Positions 18,264-28,524 of a DNA stretch of 64,000 bases are shown one piece after another. Position 1 is the first letter of the stretch, and every line of letters begins with the position of its first letter. The DNA lies in assembly GCA_052148835.1 (NCBI GenBank), contig JBKQHJ010000244.1, forward strand, positions 9,465-73,464. Direction: 5' to 3'. Below the pieces are notes generated by a model, which was not told where the DNA came from, ran no database searches, and was given only the letters and a program-made list of their open reading frames with translations. The position numbers and the translations under genes are program-made. The stretch comes from Bryobacteraceae bacterium. Lineage in GTDB: Bacteria; Acidobacteriota; Terriglobia; Bryobacterales; Bryobacteraceae.

Positions 18264-19667
18264 CTACTGGATGGGAATCGTAGCGCCAGATTGCGTTTCG
18301 ATGCCGCCGATCGAGATCGTCACCGGAACGTCGCCGCTGGGCGCCGTGGAGGGAATTCGCACATTGATTTGATAGAGTCCGCTGATCGATCCCGGTGAAA
18401 GGCCGGCATAGAGAACGTCGGATGCATCGAGCGTGGTCCCGCCGATCGTGACCGTGATTGAATTTGTCAACCTAGCCACCCCGCTAGCCATCTGTCCCGC
18501 CGCGACCAACGGGTTCGTGTCTCCAAACCCGGTCCCAAACAGCGCAACGATATCGCCCGGTTTGGCGGGCGATGCCCCTGGCACGACGCTGGCGTCGGCC
18601 ACAATCGCTCCCGTTTCTGCTTCTTCGGCCGCGATACTCGTCGACTTCGGGAGCAAGAAAAATGCCGGCGCGAACGGAGGGATCGAACTGAGCGTCGCTA
18701 CCGGACTTTTGAGCTGATTGGGCTCGCCAGGGTTCGCGATCACCGACAGCGTCAACGGTCCCGCCCCCATGAATTCGGGCATTTGCGCGTTGATCTGATA
18801 GGTATCCACGTAGGCGATCGGCAAAAGCACCGGATTCGCTAAATCAGGCCCCCCTGCCTGAATCGATATGCATCCTAGCTCAGTCGGATATGCATTCCCG
18901 ACATAGTCTCCCGGGCCGGCTGTGCGTGGAAAACCGGACAAGTGAAAATTCGATCCGTTCAGCGTCACCATGGCCAGCGAGGAAACTTGCGACTGAAAGC
19001 TGGCTCCGTTTACCACGGTGGTAATTGCGGGCACGTCGGTATCATCGCAGGCGCCCACATTATTCAGGATCGTGACAGAGGTGTACACGTAATCGCCCAG
19101 CGGTGTGTTGTCGCCGTTCGCGGCCACCGCCGCTACGTATACTGCGATCCTGCCGACCTCTTCGGCTGGCGGCGTCCAGTTCACATCGAATTCGAAGGGC
19201 TTGGTCGCAGCCCCGCCCGGCGCGTTGTGATGCTCGGCGAAAAGCCGCAGCGGCGTGTTGGTGCACCCGCTTGTGGATCCGTATTGCGTCCCATCGTCGC
19301 AAACAATCTGCACCGGCCCAGGAGGCGTAGCCAGCGAGAACGTCCCAGCGGAGGCCGAAGGGGTGTCCAAGGCTCTGATCGTTATCTGAAATCCGAACCG
19401 CTCGGCATTGGCATTCTGGATCAGAATGCGGATTAATTGCGTGCTGTAAGCGGTATAGTCGCTCACCATCACTTGCAGGGATCCGGACGAATCGTTCAGG
19501 GGGTTGCCGGTATGACAAGCGCTGCAGTTCTGGCCGTTGTGATCGGCCGGCGCGCCCGTATACCCGATGCTGGGACTGATGGTCTCGGCGAAAACCGCCG
19601 CCGGCATCAGCAGCAATAGAGTGACAGATGCAAGGCGAGTCATTACAAATAAGATCGTCGGTTGCAC
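18264..19667 (-). CDS. secreted protein with N-terminal CxxCH motif and Solibacter-type (TIGR03437-like) Ig-like C-terminal repeats
   Basis: Signal peptide and CSACH at the N-terminus. The C-terminus ...ALFGTGFG...VLYAGLSPGSISGLYQINVRIPS...VPVTISIGG matches my recollection of the TIGR03437 domain. Confidence 0.65.
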   Translation of the reverse strand: MQPTILFVMTRLASVTLLLLMPAAVFAETISPSIGYTGAPADHNGQNCSACHTGNPLNDSSGSLQVMVSDYTAYSTQLIRILIQNANAERFGFQITIRALDTPSASAGTFSLATPPGPVQIVCDDGTQYGSTSGCTNTPLRLFAEHHNAPGGAATKPFEFDVNWTPPAEEVGRIAVYVAAVAANGDNTPLGDYVYTSVTILNNVGACDDTDVPAITTVVNGASFQSQVSSLAMVTLNGSNFHLSGFPRTAGPGDYVGNAYPTELGCISIQAGGPDLANPVLLPIAYVDTYQINAQMPEFMGAGPLTLSVIANPGEPNQLKSPVATLSSIPPFAPAFFLLPKSTSIAAEEAETGAIVADASVVPGASPAKPGDIVALFGTGFGDTNPLVAAGQMASGVARLTNSITVTIGGTTLDASDVLYAGLSPGSISGLYQINVRIPSTAPSGDVPVTISIGGIETQSGATIPIQ

Positions 19668-19716
19668 AAATAGTTACCTCAGGTTGTTACTTAGGTTCCC
19701 GTGGTAAGGCCACTTA

Positions 19717-20727
19717 CTATTCCGAAAGTCGCGCTAACGCTTTCTTGGCCGTGGTACTTAGAGGCAAACCCTCGAGTTTTCCCTTGGCCAACCACTGAAA
19801 CCCGTCCGGACGGCGCCGGATGGAGGCCCGATAGACCTGTACAAAGTAAGTGGTGTGGACGATGCTATGACGAAATGCGCCCAGGGCATTATGAACCGTC
19901 GCGCCAGGTACCAGCTCGCGCTCGGGGAGTTCCCAGAATCCTGCCAGCCGCTTGCTCTCGGCTGTTCGCTGCCTTAGTAGGATTTTGTCCCCTTTTTTCT
20001 CGATGACGAGTAAGTGCAGCTCATGCCGGCTTGTGGCCGGGCGCGCGCCCCTCAGCGGCAACTGATTTTCAAGGCCCTGCTGCCGGCCCTGGCAATCCAA
20101 GCGAATGGGACACTCCCGGCACAGCGGCCGCTGAGGCGTACAAATAGTAGCGCCCAACTCCATCAGCGCTTGATTGAACTCGCCGGGACGCGCGCGATCC
20201 AGCAATGTCTCGGCGAACGCTCCCAGACTGCTTCGCACCGCCTGCGTTTTGATGTCGCCTTTTTCCGCCACCAGTCGGCTCAAGACACGCAGAACATTTC
20301 CATCCAACGCTGGATGCGGCGTCCCGAATGCGATGCTGGCCACCGCCGCGGCCGTGTAATCGCCGACCCCCGGTAACTCGCGCAGCGCCGCATAATCGCC
20401 TGGAAAGCTCGGCAGCGCGACAATGGCGCGAGCGGCCTTTTGTAAGTTGCGTGCACGCGAGTAATATCCGAGTCCGGCCCAAGCGGCGAGAAGCTCTTGC
20501 TCGGGCGCCGCCGCTAAGGTGGCGACATCGGGAAACAACGACAGGAAGCGATCGTAATAAGGGATCACCGCCGCCACGCGAGTCTGCTGCAGCATGATCT
20601 CGGAGATCCATATCCGATAAGGATCTTGGGTGCGCCGCCACGGCAAATCGCGCTTGTGCTTCTGATACCACTGCAGAAGCCGGCGGCGAATTCGCGAGAT
20701 CGCCACTGCCGGCGTGGGCTGAGTCAT
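19717..20727 (-). CDS. mutY: A/G-specific adenine DNA glycosylase
   Basis: LPWRRTQDPYRIWISEIMLQQT, a HhH-GPD region, a 4-Cys cluster (CTPQRPLCRECP...C) and a Nudix-like C-terminal domain. The start was moved to ATG 20727 (MTQPTP...). Confidence 0.88.
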   Translation of the reverse strand: MTQPTPAVAISRIRRRLLQWYQKHKRDLPWRRTQDPYRIWISEIMLQQTRVAAVIPYYDRFLSLFPDVATLAAAPEQELLAAWAGLGYYSRARNLQKAARAIVALPSFPGDYAALRELPGVGDYTAAAVASIAFGTPHPALDGNVLRVLSRLVAEKGDIKTQAVRSSLGAFAETLLDRARPGEFNQALMELGATICTPQRPLCRECPIRLDCQGRQQGLENQLPLRGARPATSRHELHLLVIEKKGDKILLRQRTAESKRLAGFWELPERELVPGATVHNALGAFRHSIVHTTYFVQVYRASIRRRPDGFQWLAKGKLEGLPLSTTAKKALARLSE

Positions 20728-20755
20728 CAAGAACGAGTATACTGGCACCAGATCA

Positions 20756-22120
20756 GTGAGCGGCCGTATTATTCGCAGATTCCTTTGGAGCGGCTTCGCG
20801 CTGCTGGCCGCTTCACTGCTCGGCATGGATCTGTACGTGGCGCGGCATAGCGCCGAGCTGTGGCGGCCACTGTTGGCGGTTACGCTCGCGGTGTTGGTCC
20901 TGGCCGGCCTGCTGGCATTTATCTTCACGCGATCCTTCTCCCGCCGCGTATCGCAAATCCGCGCTTACGCCGAACGCTTGCTCGATCCACCGGTCTTCGA
21001 TCAGCCCCTGCCCGCCGGCGACGACGATCTGGGCCTGTTGGCGCGATCACTGCAGCGTACCGCGCCGCGTATCCGGGAGTTGGTCGAAAGTCTGAAACTG
21101 GAAGGCGCGCGCCGCGAGGCCATCCTGGCCAGCATGGTGGAAGGCGTCCTCGCCGTGGACAAGGACCTGCGCGTTACGTTTTGCAATTATTCGTTCGCGC
21201 GCAACGTGAACGCCCGCTTCCCGGTGCTGCCCGGCATCCTGCTGCTCGAACTGGTGCGCGACCCTGGATTGCGCGAGATCATGACCAGCGTGATCTCCAC
21301 CGGTGAGCGCGTCGAACAGCGCTTGACGTTGCCCGGCGCCGGAGCGCGTTCCTTCGAAATACTGGCCGGGCCCCTGGGAGCGCCCGCCACCCGGGGCGCC
21401 CTCGCGATCTTGCACGACGTCACACAACTCGAGCGGCTGGAGCGCGTCCGCAGGGATTTCGTCGCCAACGTCTCCCATGAATTGCGCACTCCGCTCGCGG
21501 CCATCCGCGGCTATGCAGAAACCCTGCTCGATGGCGCGCTGGAGGACCCGGACAACAACCGCAAGTTTGTTGAAGTTATTCTGGCGCAGGCCACCCGGCT
21601 CACCAACATCGCGTCCGATCTGCTGTCGCTTTCCGAACTTGAATCCAACGCTCTCACCGTTCCGGCGCAACCGGTCTCCATCCGCGCCGCGCTCGAATCC
21701 GCTCTGCGCACCGTGGAATCGGCCGCGCGCGTTCAGGGCGTCCGCCTGCTCTGTGAAAAGCTGGACGACTTTAAAGTAATCGGCCACGAACTCCGCCTGG
21801 AACAGGTTTTCGTGAACCTCCTGGACAACGCCGTGAAATTCAATCGTCCCAACGGAGAAGTGCAGGTGGAGATGCGAGGCAACGAGGGCAAGGTGAGCAT
21901 CCTGATCGGCGACACCGGCATCGGGATTCCCTCTGAAGACCTGCCGCGCATTTTCGAGCGGTTCTATCGCGCCGACAAGGCACGCTCGCGTGCCATGGGC
22001 GGTACGGGCCTGGGCCTGTCGATCGTCAAACACGCTGTCGAACAGATGGGCGGAACCGTCCAGGTCCACAGCCGTCTAGGCGAAGGTTCGGAATTTACCA
22101 TCGAGCTTCCAACCGCCTAA
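20756..22120 (+). CDS. phoR: sensor histidine kinase, PhoR-like
   Basis: Two N-terminal TM segments, a PAS-like region, the H-box SHELRTPL and N/G boxes. It sits directly upstream of the porin-pstSCAB-phoU block. GTG start. Confidence 0.8.
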   Translation: MSGRIIRRFLWSGFALLAASLLGMDLYVARHSAELWRPLLAVTLAVLVLAGLLAFIFTRSFSRRVSQIRAYAERLLDPPVFDQPLPAGDDDLGLLARSLQRTAPRIRELVESLKLEGARREAILASMVEGVLAVDKDLRVTFCNYSFARNVNARFPVLPGILLLELVRDPGLREIMTSVISTGERVEQRLTLPGAGARSFEILAGPLGAPATRGALAILHDVTQLERLERVRRDFVANVSHELRTPLAAIRGYAETLLDGALEDPDNNRKFVEVILAQATRLTNIASDLLSLSELESNALTVPAQPVSIRAALESALRTVESAARVQGVRLLCEKLDDFKVIGHELRLEQVFVNLLDNAVKFNRPNGEVQVEMRGNEGKVSILIGDTGIGIPSEDLPRIFERFYRADKARSRAMGGTGLGLSIVKHAVEQMGGTVQVHSRLGEGSEFTIELPTA

Positions 22121-22126
22121 CCTTCT

Positions 22127-22220
22127 CTGTAACGTCCTCGCGACTGTAACACGATATTAACTCAATCGTCATTTATCGATAACGCGGCGCGACTATCCTC
22201 CGATAAGGCGGTCGATAAGG
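22127..22220 (+). promoter_or_regulatory. direct-repeat motifs upstream of the porin-pst block (CTGTAAC x2; CGATAA(GG) x3), candidate response-regulator sites
   Basis: CTGTAAC occurs at 22127 and 22144. CGATAA occurs at 22177, 22201 and 22213, the last two with 12-nt spacing. Confidence 0.3.
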
Positions 22221-22276
22221 TTCACCGCCACGCTTTAGAGGAAATCTTTAAAAAACCCAACGTGGGATGGAGAGTG

Positions 22277-23992
22277 ATGAAAGCTAAAACCCTGGGAAGT
22301 GTGACCCTGTGCGCCGCGATGCTGTTTGCCGCTGCCGTGTCTGTCGAGACGGCGTTCGGCCAAACTTCCGCGCCGGCCGCGCAAACTAACGAAAACGATG
22401 TGGCCACCTTAAAGGCGCAGTTAGCCGAGCAGCAGAAGGAAATTGACGCGCTCAAGGCCGCCATGGATGAACAAAAGAAGCTGCTGCAAAAGTCCGTGAG
22501 CGCCGCCCCGGCGCGCGACAGCCAGGACACTTTCGCCTTGCCGCGCAACAAAGCGCTCGGCGATGTAGCCAGCACGACGCCAATCATTCCACCGGTTGCG
22601 CCTGTCGTTGCACCCGTGGTGAGTCAGGGGCAAGCACCCGCCGGTGGCGGCAACCCGTGTGAGGCGGGCCTCGACACCAATTCCGTGCCGCCGTATTTGC
22701 GGTTCGGCAACGTCTGCATCGTGCCCGTCGGATTTTTGGACGCGACGTTCGTATGGCGTGACAAGAACGCGGCTTCAGGCATTGGAAGCAATTTCGGCAG
22801 CATTCCCTACAACAACGTTGTCAATGGAAAGCTCTCCGAAAGCCGCTTCAGCCCCCAGAACAGTCGCATCGGGTTCCGCGTGGACGGCGATTGGAAGGGG
22901 ACACACTTTATCGGCTATAACGAGTTCGACTTCTTGGGCACCAGCGGATCAAACGCCATCACCGTTACCAATGGCGCTTTTGTTCCCCGGCTGCGCCTCT
23001 ACTGGGTGGACGCAAGGAAAGGCGGCTGGGAGTTTCTGGCCGGCCAAAGCTGGAGCATGCTCACGCCGAATCGCAAGGGAATCTCCCCGCTGCCGGGCGA
23101 CCTCTTCTACTCACAAGTCATGGACGTGAACTACATGGCGGGCTTGACGTGGAGCCGCCAGCCCGGTATGCGAGTCCTTTATCACTTCGGCGACACGGTA
23201 ACGTGGGGCTTCTCGGTGGAGAACCCCGACCAGTACATCGGCGGTTCCGGCGGTGGCTCCTCGATCGTTTTGCCGTCCGCTTTAACCGGACTGTCCGGCA
23301 CTCAGCTGGATGGAGGCAACCTGGTGAATGCGGCGCCGCAGCTCACGCCGGACTTCATCACCAAGATCGCATTCGATCCCAGTTCGCGTTTTCACGCGGA
23401 AGTCGGTGGAATCGTGAGCACCTTCAGAACCGTGAATCCGACCGGCCTGACGAATGCCACCTATAACACCACGGAGGGCGGCGGCATCCTGGTTGGATTG
23501 AACGGTGAAATCTTCAAGGGTTTCCGGCTGATCACAACCAACTTTTGGAGCGATGGCGAGGGGCGTTACCTCTTCGGGCAAGCTCCAGACGTGGTCGTGA
23601 ACTCCAATGGGAGCTTGAGCCCGCTGCATGCCGGCGGCACCGTGGATGGCTTCGAAGCTCGAGCGGGTAAATTCCTGCTGTTTGGTTATTACGGCGGCAT
23701 CTACATTAGCAAGAATGTGGTGGTTGACACCACCGGCAAGACTCCTGCGTTGGTTGGTTACGGTTACACCGGCTCGTCGAACAGCCAGAACAAAGCCATT
23801 CAGGAGATCACATTCGGCATGAACCAGACTGTGTGGGCCAATCCGCGCTATGGCGCCATCAACCTGATCTATCAATATGAATATCTGACCCGCAATCCGT
23901 GGTACATCGGCACCGGCCCGGATCAAACTCACGACAACACCATCTACTTCGACGTCCGGTATACGCTGCCCGGCAGCATGCCAAGTTTCTAG
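22277..23992 (+). CDS. outer-membrane porin (phosphate-selective OprO/P-like candidate) with N-terminal coiled coil
   Basis: Signal peptide from ATG 22277 and the coiled coil ATLKAQLAEQQKEIDALKAAMDEQKKLL. The body has beta-strand-alternation and ends in an aromatic residue (...PSF). Located in the pst neighbourhood. Confidence 0.65.
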   Translation: MKAKTLGSVTLCAAMLFAAAVSVETAFGQTSAPAAQTNENDVATLKAQLAEQQKEIDALKAAMDEQKKLLQKSVSAAPARDSQDTFALPRNKALGDVASTTPIIPPVAPVVAPVVSQGQAPAGGGNPCEAGLDTNSVPPYLRFGNVCIVPVGFLDATFVWRDKNAASGIGSNFGSIPYNNVVNGKLSESRFSPQNSRIGFRVDGDWKGTHFIGYNEFDFLGTSGSNAITVTNGAFVPRLRLYWVDARKGGWEFLAGQSWSMLTPNRKGISPLPGDLFYSQVMDVNYMAGLTWSRQPGMRVLYHFGDTVTWGFSVENPDQYIGGSGGGSSIVLPSALTGLSGTQLDGGNLVNAAPQLTPDFITKIAFDPSSRFHAEVGGIVSTFRTVNPTGLTNATYNTTEGGGILVGLNGEIFKGFRLITTNFWSDGEGRYLFGQAPDVVVNSNGSLSPLHAGGTVDGFEARAGKFLLFGYYGGIYISKNVVVDTTGKTPALVGYGYTGSSNSQNKAIQEITFGMNQTVWANPRYGAINLIYQYEYLTRNPWYIGTGPDQTHDNTIYFDVRYTLPGSMPSF

Positions 23993-24051
23993 CGCGTCAA
24001 ATAGCATGAGGGGTGGCGAGCGAGCCGCCCCATCAATGAAAGGACTCGAAA

Positions 24052-25077
24052 ATGCCGAGACAGATGCTTTGCATCACGTTGTTGACGGTCGTTGCTTCGG
24101 TGGCGGCCCCGACCTTAGCCCAAGCGGAAACCATCAACGCGGCGGGGGCCACCTTCCCTGCCGCCATTTATCAAAAGTGGTTTGAGGAATTTCATAAGGC
24201 GCATCCCGACATCCAGATCAACTACCAGTCCATCGGTTCCGGCGGAGGAATTCGGCAGCTCACCGAGAGCACGGTCGACTTCGGCGCCTCCGACATGCCC
24301 ATGACTGACGAGCAAATGTCGAAGATCACCAAATTCAAGGTGCTGCATTTCCCGACTGTGCTCGGCGGCTTGGTTCCAACCTACAACCTTCCAGGCCTGG
24401 CCGATTTGAAGTTTTCCGGCCCCACCTTGGCCGGCATCTATCTCGGAACCATCAAGAAGTGGAACGACCCGGCGATCGCGAAGGACAATCCGGGCGTGAA
24501 GCTTCCCAACCAAGACATCACGGTGATCCACCGTTCCGACGGCAGCGGCACCACCTTCGTCTGGACCGACTATCTCGCTAAGATCAGCCCCGAGTGGAAA
24601 TCGAAAGTAGGCGCCGCCAATACCTCGGTGAGTTGGCCGGTCGGCCTCGGTGGCAAAGGCAATGAAGGCGTCGCGGGACTGGTCAAGCAAACGCCGTATT
24701 CGATCGGCTATGTCGAACTGTTCTACGCGGCGCAGAATAAAATGGAGTACGGTTCCGTGAAGAATATGGCCGGAACTTTCGTGAAGGCGGATTTCAACAC
24801 CGTGACCGAAGCTGCCGCTGGAGCCGCAAAGGACATGCCGGCTGACTTCCGCGTCTCCATCACCAACGCTCCCGGCAAGAACGCCTACCCGGTTTCCAGT
24901 TTCACTTGGCTCCTCATCCCGGACAAGATTGACAACGCTACCAAGAAAAAATCGATCACAGACTTCTTGCAGTGGATGATGACCACCGGACAGGCTGACG
25001 CGCAGGGAATGGATTACGCGCCGCTGCCCAAATCCGTGGTCGCCAAGGAGCAAAAGCAGATCGGTTTGATAAAGTAA
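24052..25077 (+). CDS. pstS: phosphate ABC transporter substrate-binding protein
   Basis: Signal peptide and PstS-like sequence (GATFPAAIYQKWF...SIGSGGG...RSDGSGTT). Confidence 0.92.
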   Translation: MPRQMLCITLLTVVASVAAPTLAQAETINAAGATFPAAIYQKWFEEFHKAHPDIQINYQSIGSGGGIRQLTESTVDFGASDMPMTDEQMSKITKFKVLHFPTVLGGLVPTYNLPGLADLKFSGPTLAGIYLGTIKKWNDPAIAKDNPGVKLPNQDITVIHRSDGSGTTFVWTDYLAKISPEWKSKVGAANTSVSWPVGLGGKGNEGVAGLVKQTPYSIGYVELFYAAQNKMEYGSVKNMAGTFVKADFNTVTEAAAGAAKDMPADFRVSITNAPGKNAYPVSSFTWLLIPDKIDNATKKKSITDFLQWMMTTGQADAQGMDYAPLPKSVVAKEQKQIGLIK

Positions 25078-25088
25078 GAAGTCCAAGC

Positions 25089-26063
25089 ATGGCAACAGCC
25101 GTAGTCACCGCGCCTCCGGAATCGTATCCGCGGAAACTCGCAAAGCTTTTGCGTGACGGGGACCAGGTCACACACCTCGTCACGCTGCTCTTTGCGGCCA
25201 GCGTGTTGCTGGTCACCGTGTTCCTGGTGTATGAACTCTGGGTCCACTCGGGCCCCTCCAGAGCGAAGTTTGGCTTCGGCTTCATCACTGGTAGAACGTG
25301 GGACCCCAATACCGACCAATTCGGCGCACTGCCCTTCATCTATGGAACGGTGCTGACATCATTCATAGCGCTCCTGATTTCCGTTCCGCTGGGAGTGGGC
25401 GCCGCCATCTTCCTTGCCGAGCTCGCGCCACCAACCCTTTCCAACGCTTGCACCTTCCTGGTGGAGTTGCTGGCCGCCGTCCCGAGTGTGATTCTCGGCT
25501 TATTGGCGATATTTACACTGGTCCCGCTCATGCGTGAATACGTCGAGCCGTTTCTAAAGAACACGCTCGGCTTTCTGCCGTGGTTCCAGGGACCGGCATA
25601 TGGCCTCGGCTACCTCACAGCGAGTATAGCCTTAGCCACCATGACGTTTCCCTTTGTCATTTCGATCTCGCGGGAAGCATTGCTGGCCGTGCCTCGCGAA
25701 CAACGCGAAGCCGCGCTCGCTCTCGGGGCCACCAAGTGGGAATCCACTTGGCAAGTCGTCGTTCCTTTCGCCCGCCTCGGAATCCTGGGATCCATCTTCC
25801 TCGCCTTGGCCCGCGCTCTGGGAGAAACCATGGCCGTTACAATGGTCATCGGCAATGACACCGGCATCCACACGTCTCTCCTCTCGCCCGGTTACACCAT
25901 CGCCGCCATGATCGCCAATAATTTCACCGAAGCCACCGGCGATATTTTTCTCAGCGCGCTGGTGGAGCTCGGACTGGTTCTGTTCGCGCTCACCATGGTC
26001 CTCAATGCCGCCGCCCAATTGTTAATCATCGCCACCACCCGGAAAGGATCTAGACAGGACTAA
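25089..26063 (+). CDS. pstC: phosphate ABC transporter permease PstC
   Basis: 324 aa, polytopic, with EAA-loop-like REAALALGATKWE. Confidence 0.92.
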   Translation: MATAVVTAPPESYPRKLAKLLRDGDQVTHLVTLLFAASVLLVTVFLVYELWVHSGPSRAKFGFGFITGRTWDPNTDQFGALPFIYGTVLTSFIALLISVPLGVGAAIFLAELAPPTLSNACTFLVELLAAVPSVILGLLAIFTLVPLMREYVEPFLKNTLGFLPWFQGPAYGLGYLTASIALATMTFPFVISISREALLAVPREQREAALALGATKWESTWQVVVPFARLGILGSIFLALARALGETMAVTMVIGNDTGIHTSLLSPGYTIAAMIANNFTEATGDIFLSALVELGLVLFALTMVLNAAAQLLIIATTRKGSRQD

Positions 26064-26911
26064 TGGATCGGTTGAGACGGCGCAATATCGTGAGTAACAT
26101 CATGCTGACCCTCACGGGTGTTTGCACCGTGTTGACCACATCCGTGCTGTTCTTGGTCCTGGGTTTTCTGATTTACAATGGCTGGCGATCGCTGAATTGG
26201 AACTTCTTCACCAAGCTGCCGTTGGCCGCGGGCGAAACCGGCGGAGGCTTGGCCAACGCCATTGTTGGCAGCGGCGTGTTGATCCTGATCGCGGCCGTTA
26301 TCGGAATTCCAGTCGGGTTCCTGGGCGGTATCTACTTGGCCGAGTTCGGCGGCAAAACATTTGCGATGATGGTACGTTACACGGCGGACCTATTAAACGG
26401 CGTGCCTTCCATCGTCATCGGAATTTTCGCCTGGACCGTGATTGTCGTCCCCATGCATCACTTCTCCGCCTGGGCCGGAGGATTCGCCTTAAGCCTGATG
26501 ATGATCCCCATCGGTCTGCGCGCCACCGAGCAGTTCCTCCGGGCCGTGCCTAATTCGCTCCGTGAAGGGTCGCTCGCCCTCGGCGCCAGCAAAACCCGCA
26601 CCGTTATGAGCGTGGTGGTCCCTGCCGCCAGACAAGGCATCCTCACGGGCATGATCCTGGGCGTGGCGCGCGTTGCCGGAGAGACCGCGCCCCTGTTGTT
26701 CACGAGTTTTAACAATCAATATTGGGCCACCAAGCTGGGCGAGCCCACCGCTTCGCTGCCCTTCATGATCTACTATCTTGCCGAGTCGGCCTATGACGAT
26801 TGGCATCGCGAGGCCTGGGCCGCCGGCCTGGTTCTTCTGACGCTGGTCTTGATCGCTAATATCGCATCTCGTTGGGTGCTGTCTCGTGGAGCGTCCGCTC
26901 AGAGGGGGTAG
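26063..26911 (+). CDS. pstA: phosphate ABC transporter permease PstA
   Basis: 282 aa, polytopic, with REGSLALGASKTR. The start overlaps the pstC stop. Confidence 0.92.
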   Translation: MDRLRRRNIVSNIMLTLTGVCTVLTTSVLFLVLGFLIYNGWRSLNWNFFTKLPLAAGETGGGLANAIVGSGVLILIAAVIGIPVGFLGGIYLAEFGGKTFAMMVRYTADLLNGVPSIVIGIFAWTVIVVPMHHFSAWAGGFALSLMMIPIGLRATEQFLRAVPNSLREGSLALGASKTRTVMSVVVPAARQGILTGMILGVARVAGETAPLLFTSFNNQYWATKLGEPTASLPFMIYYLAESAYDDWHREAWAAGLVLLTLVLIANIASRWVLSRGASAQRG

Positions 26912-26923
26912 TAACCTAAGAAT

Positions 26924-27757
26924 ATGGCAGCCACGCCGGAGTCCGCAAAAATGAGTGACATCACCGCCCCGCCTTCCGCGCCCCCTGAGGTCCGGCCGGA
27001 AGTATCGGCCCGCCCCAAGCTGCAGGCTGTCAATCTGAATTTTTTCTATGGCGCTTTTCATGCGCTGCATGGTATCAACCTGGAGGTCCCCGAAAAAAAG
27101 ATCACCGCCCTCATTGGTCCTTCCGGCTGCGGCAAGTCCACCTTCCTGCGCACGCTCAACCGTATCAATGAAACCGTCAAGGGCGCTCGCTACGAAGGCC
27201 ACGTGTTGCTGGACGGCCAGAATGTCCTTGAAGTAGACGTGACCAAGCTGCGCCGCCGCGTGGGCATGGTGTTTCAACGCCCCAACCCGTTCCCCAAGTC
27301 GATCTTCGACAATATCGCCTATGGCGTGAAGGTCAACGGGCTGAAGGCCGGCCGGTCCCTCAACGATATTGTGGAGCACAGCCTCAAGCGGGCCGCGCTG
27401 TGGGACGAAGTGAAGGACAAGCTGCATCAATCGGCTTATGGGCTCTCCGGCGGCCAACAGCAGCGCTTGTGCATTGCGCGCGCTCTGGCCGTGGATCCGG
27501 AAGTTTTGCTGCTCGACGAACCCTGCTCCGCGCTCGACCCCATTGCCACCTCCAAGATCGAGGATTTGCTGTTTACTCTCAAGGACCAGTGCACTCAAGT
27601 CATCGTCACTCATAACATGCAGCAGGCCGCGCGCGTAGCCGAGTTCACCGGCTTCTTTCTGCTCGGCAACCTGATCGAATTCGATAAGACCGAAATTATT
27701 TTCAAGCGCCCTTCAAAAAGAGAAACGGAAGATTACATCACTGGACGGTTCGGATGA
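26924..27757 (+). CDS. pstB: phosphate ABC transporter ATP-binding protein
   Basis: Walker [10 protein letters not shown], signature LSGGQQQR and Walker B LLLDEP. Confidence 0.95.
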   Translation: MAATPESAKMSDITAPPSAPPEVRPEVSARPKLQAVNLNFFYGAFHALHGINLEVPEKKITALIGPSGCGKSTFLRTLNRINETVKGARYEGHVLLDGQNVLEVDVTKLRRRVGMVFQRPNPFPKSIFDNIAYGVKVNGLKAGRSLNDIVEHSLKRAALWDEVKDKLHQSAYGLSGGQQQRLCIARALAVDPEVLLLDEPCSALDPIATSKIEDLLFTLKDQCTQVIVTHNMQQAARVAEFTGFFLLGNLIEFDKTEIIFKRPSKRETEDYITGRFG

Positions 27758-27813
27758 TCCGTTCGGTTCGCCAACGCAGCAGTCGCCGCCGATAAGGTAA
27801 CAAGGAGGCGATA

Positions 27814-28518
27814 ATGTTGACTCAGGAGCAACCTTTGATCCACTTCAGAGAAGAACTCGACGAGATGCAGAGCCGTCTGCTGGAGATGGCCGGCTTAGTG
27901 GAATCCGCAATCCATCAAAGCGTGTCCGCGCTGGTGAACCGCGACGAACAAGCCGCTAAAGAGGTCCTGTGGAAAGAGGCGCTCATCAACGAAAAGGACA
28001 TCGAGATAGATGAATACGCCACGCGCCTGCTGGCCCTTTATCAACCGATGGCCCGCGATATGCGCTTTCTCACGGCCGTCATCAAGATTAATGGCGACCT
28101 GGAGCGCATGGGGGATCTCGCCGTCAACATCACCCAGCGCGCGCTGTCCCTGATGCGCGAGCCGCCCGTGAAACCGCTGATCGACATTCCTCAAATGGCC
28201 ACCCTGGCCGAAGAGATGGTGCGCAAGAGCCTGGACGCCCTGGTCAAGCGCGATGAAGATCTCGCCCGCAGCGTCCTGCTCTCGGACGACGAAGTGGATC
28301 GCCTGCGCGACGCCGTCTACAAGGAACTCGTCGCCTTCATGCAGGAACAGAGCACCACCATTCCCCGCGCAGTCGACCTCATGTTTATCGCTCACAACCT
28401 GGAGCGCATCGCCGACCACGCTACCAACATCGCCGAGGATGTGCTGTTCCTGGTCAAGGGGATCGATGTCCGCCACCACGCCGAAGTCCGCGATCAAACC
28501 CTGATGGGCCGGCAGTAA
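27814..28518 (+). CDS. phoU: phosphate signalling complex protein PhoU
   Basis: 234 aa. Duplicated PhoU repeats with E(D)xxxD motifs (INGDLERMGDLAVNI and AHNLERIADHATNIAEDV). Confidence 0.93.
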   Translation: MLTQEQPLIHFREELDEMQSRLLEMAGLVESAIHQSVSALVNRDEQAAKEVLWKEALINEKDIEIDEYATRLLALYQPMARDMRFLTAVIKINGDLERMGDLAVNITQRALSLMREPPVKPLIDIPQMATLAEEMVRKSLDALVKRDEDLARSVLLSDDEVDRLRDAVYKELVAFMQEQSTTIPRAVDLMFIAHNLERIADHATNIAEDVLFLVKGIDVRHHAEVRDQTLMGRQ

Positions 28519-28524
28519 CCCTAC

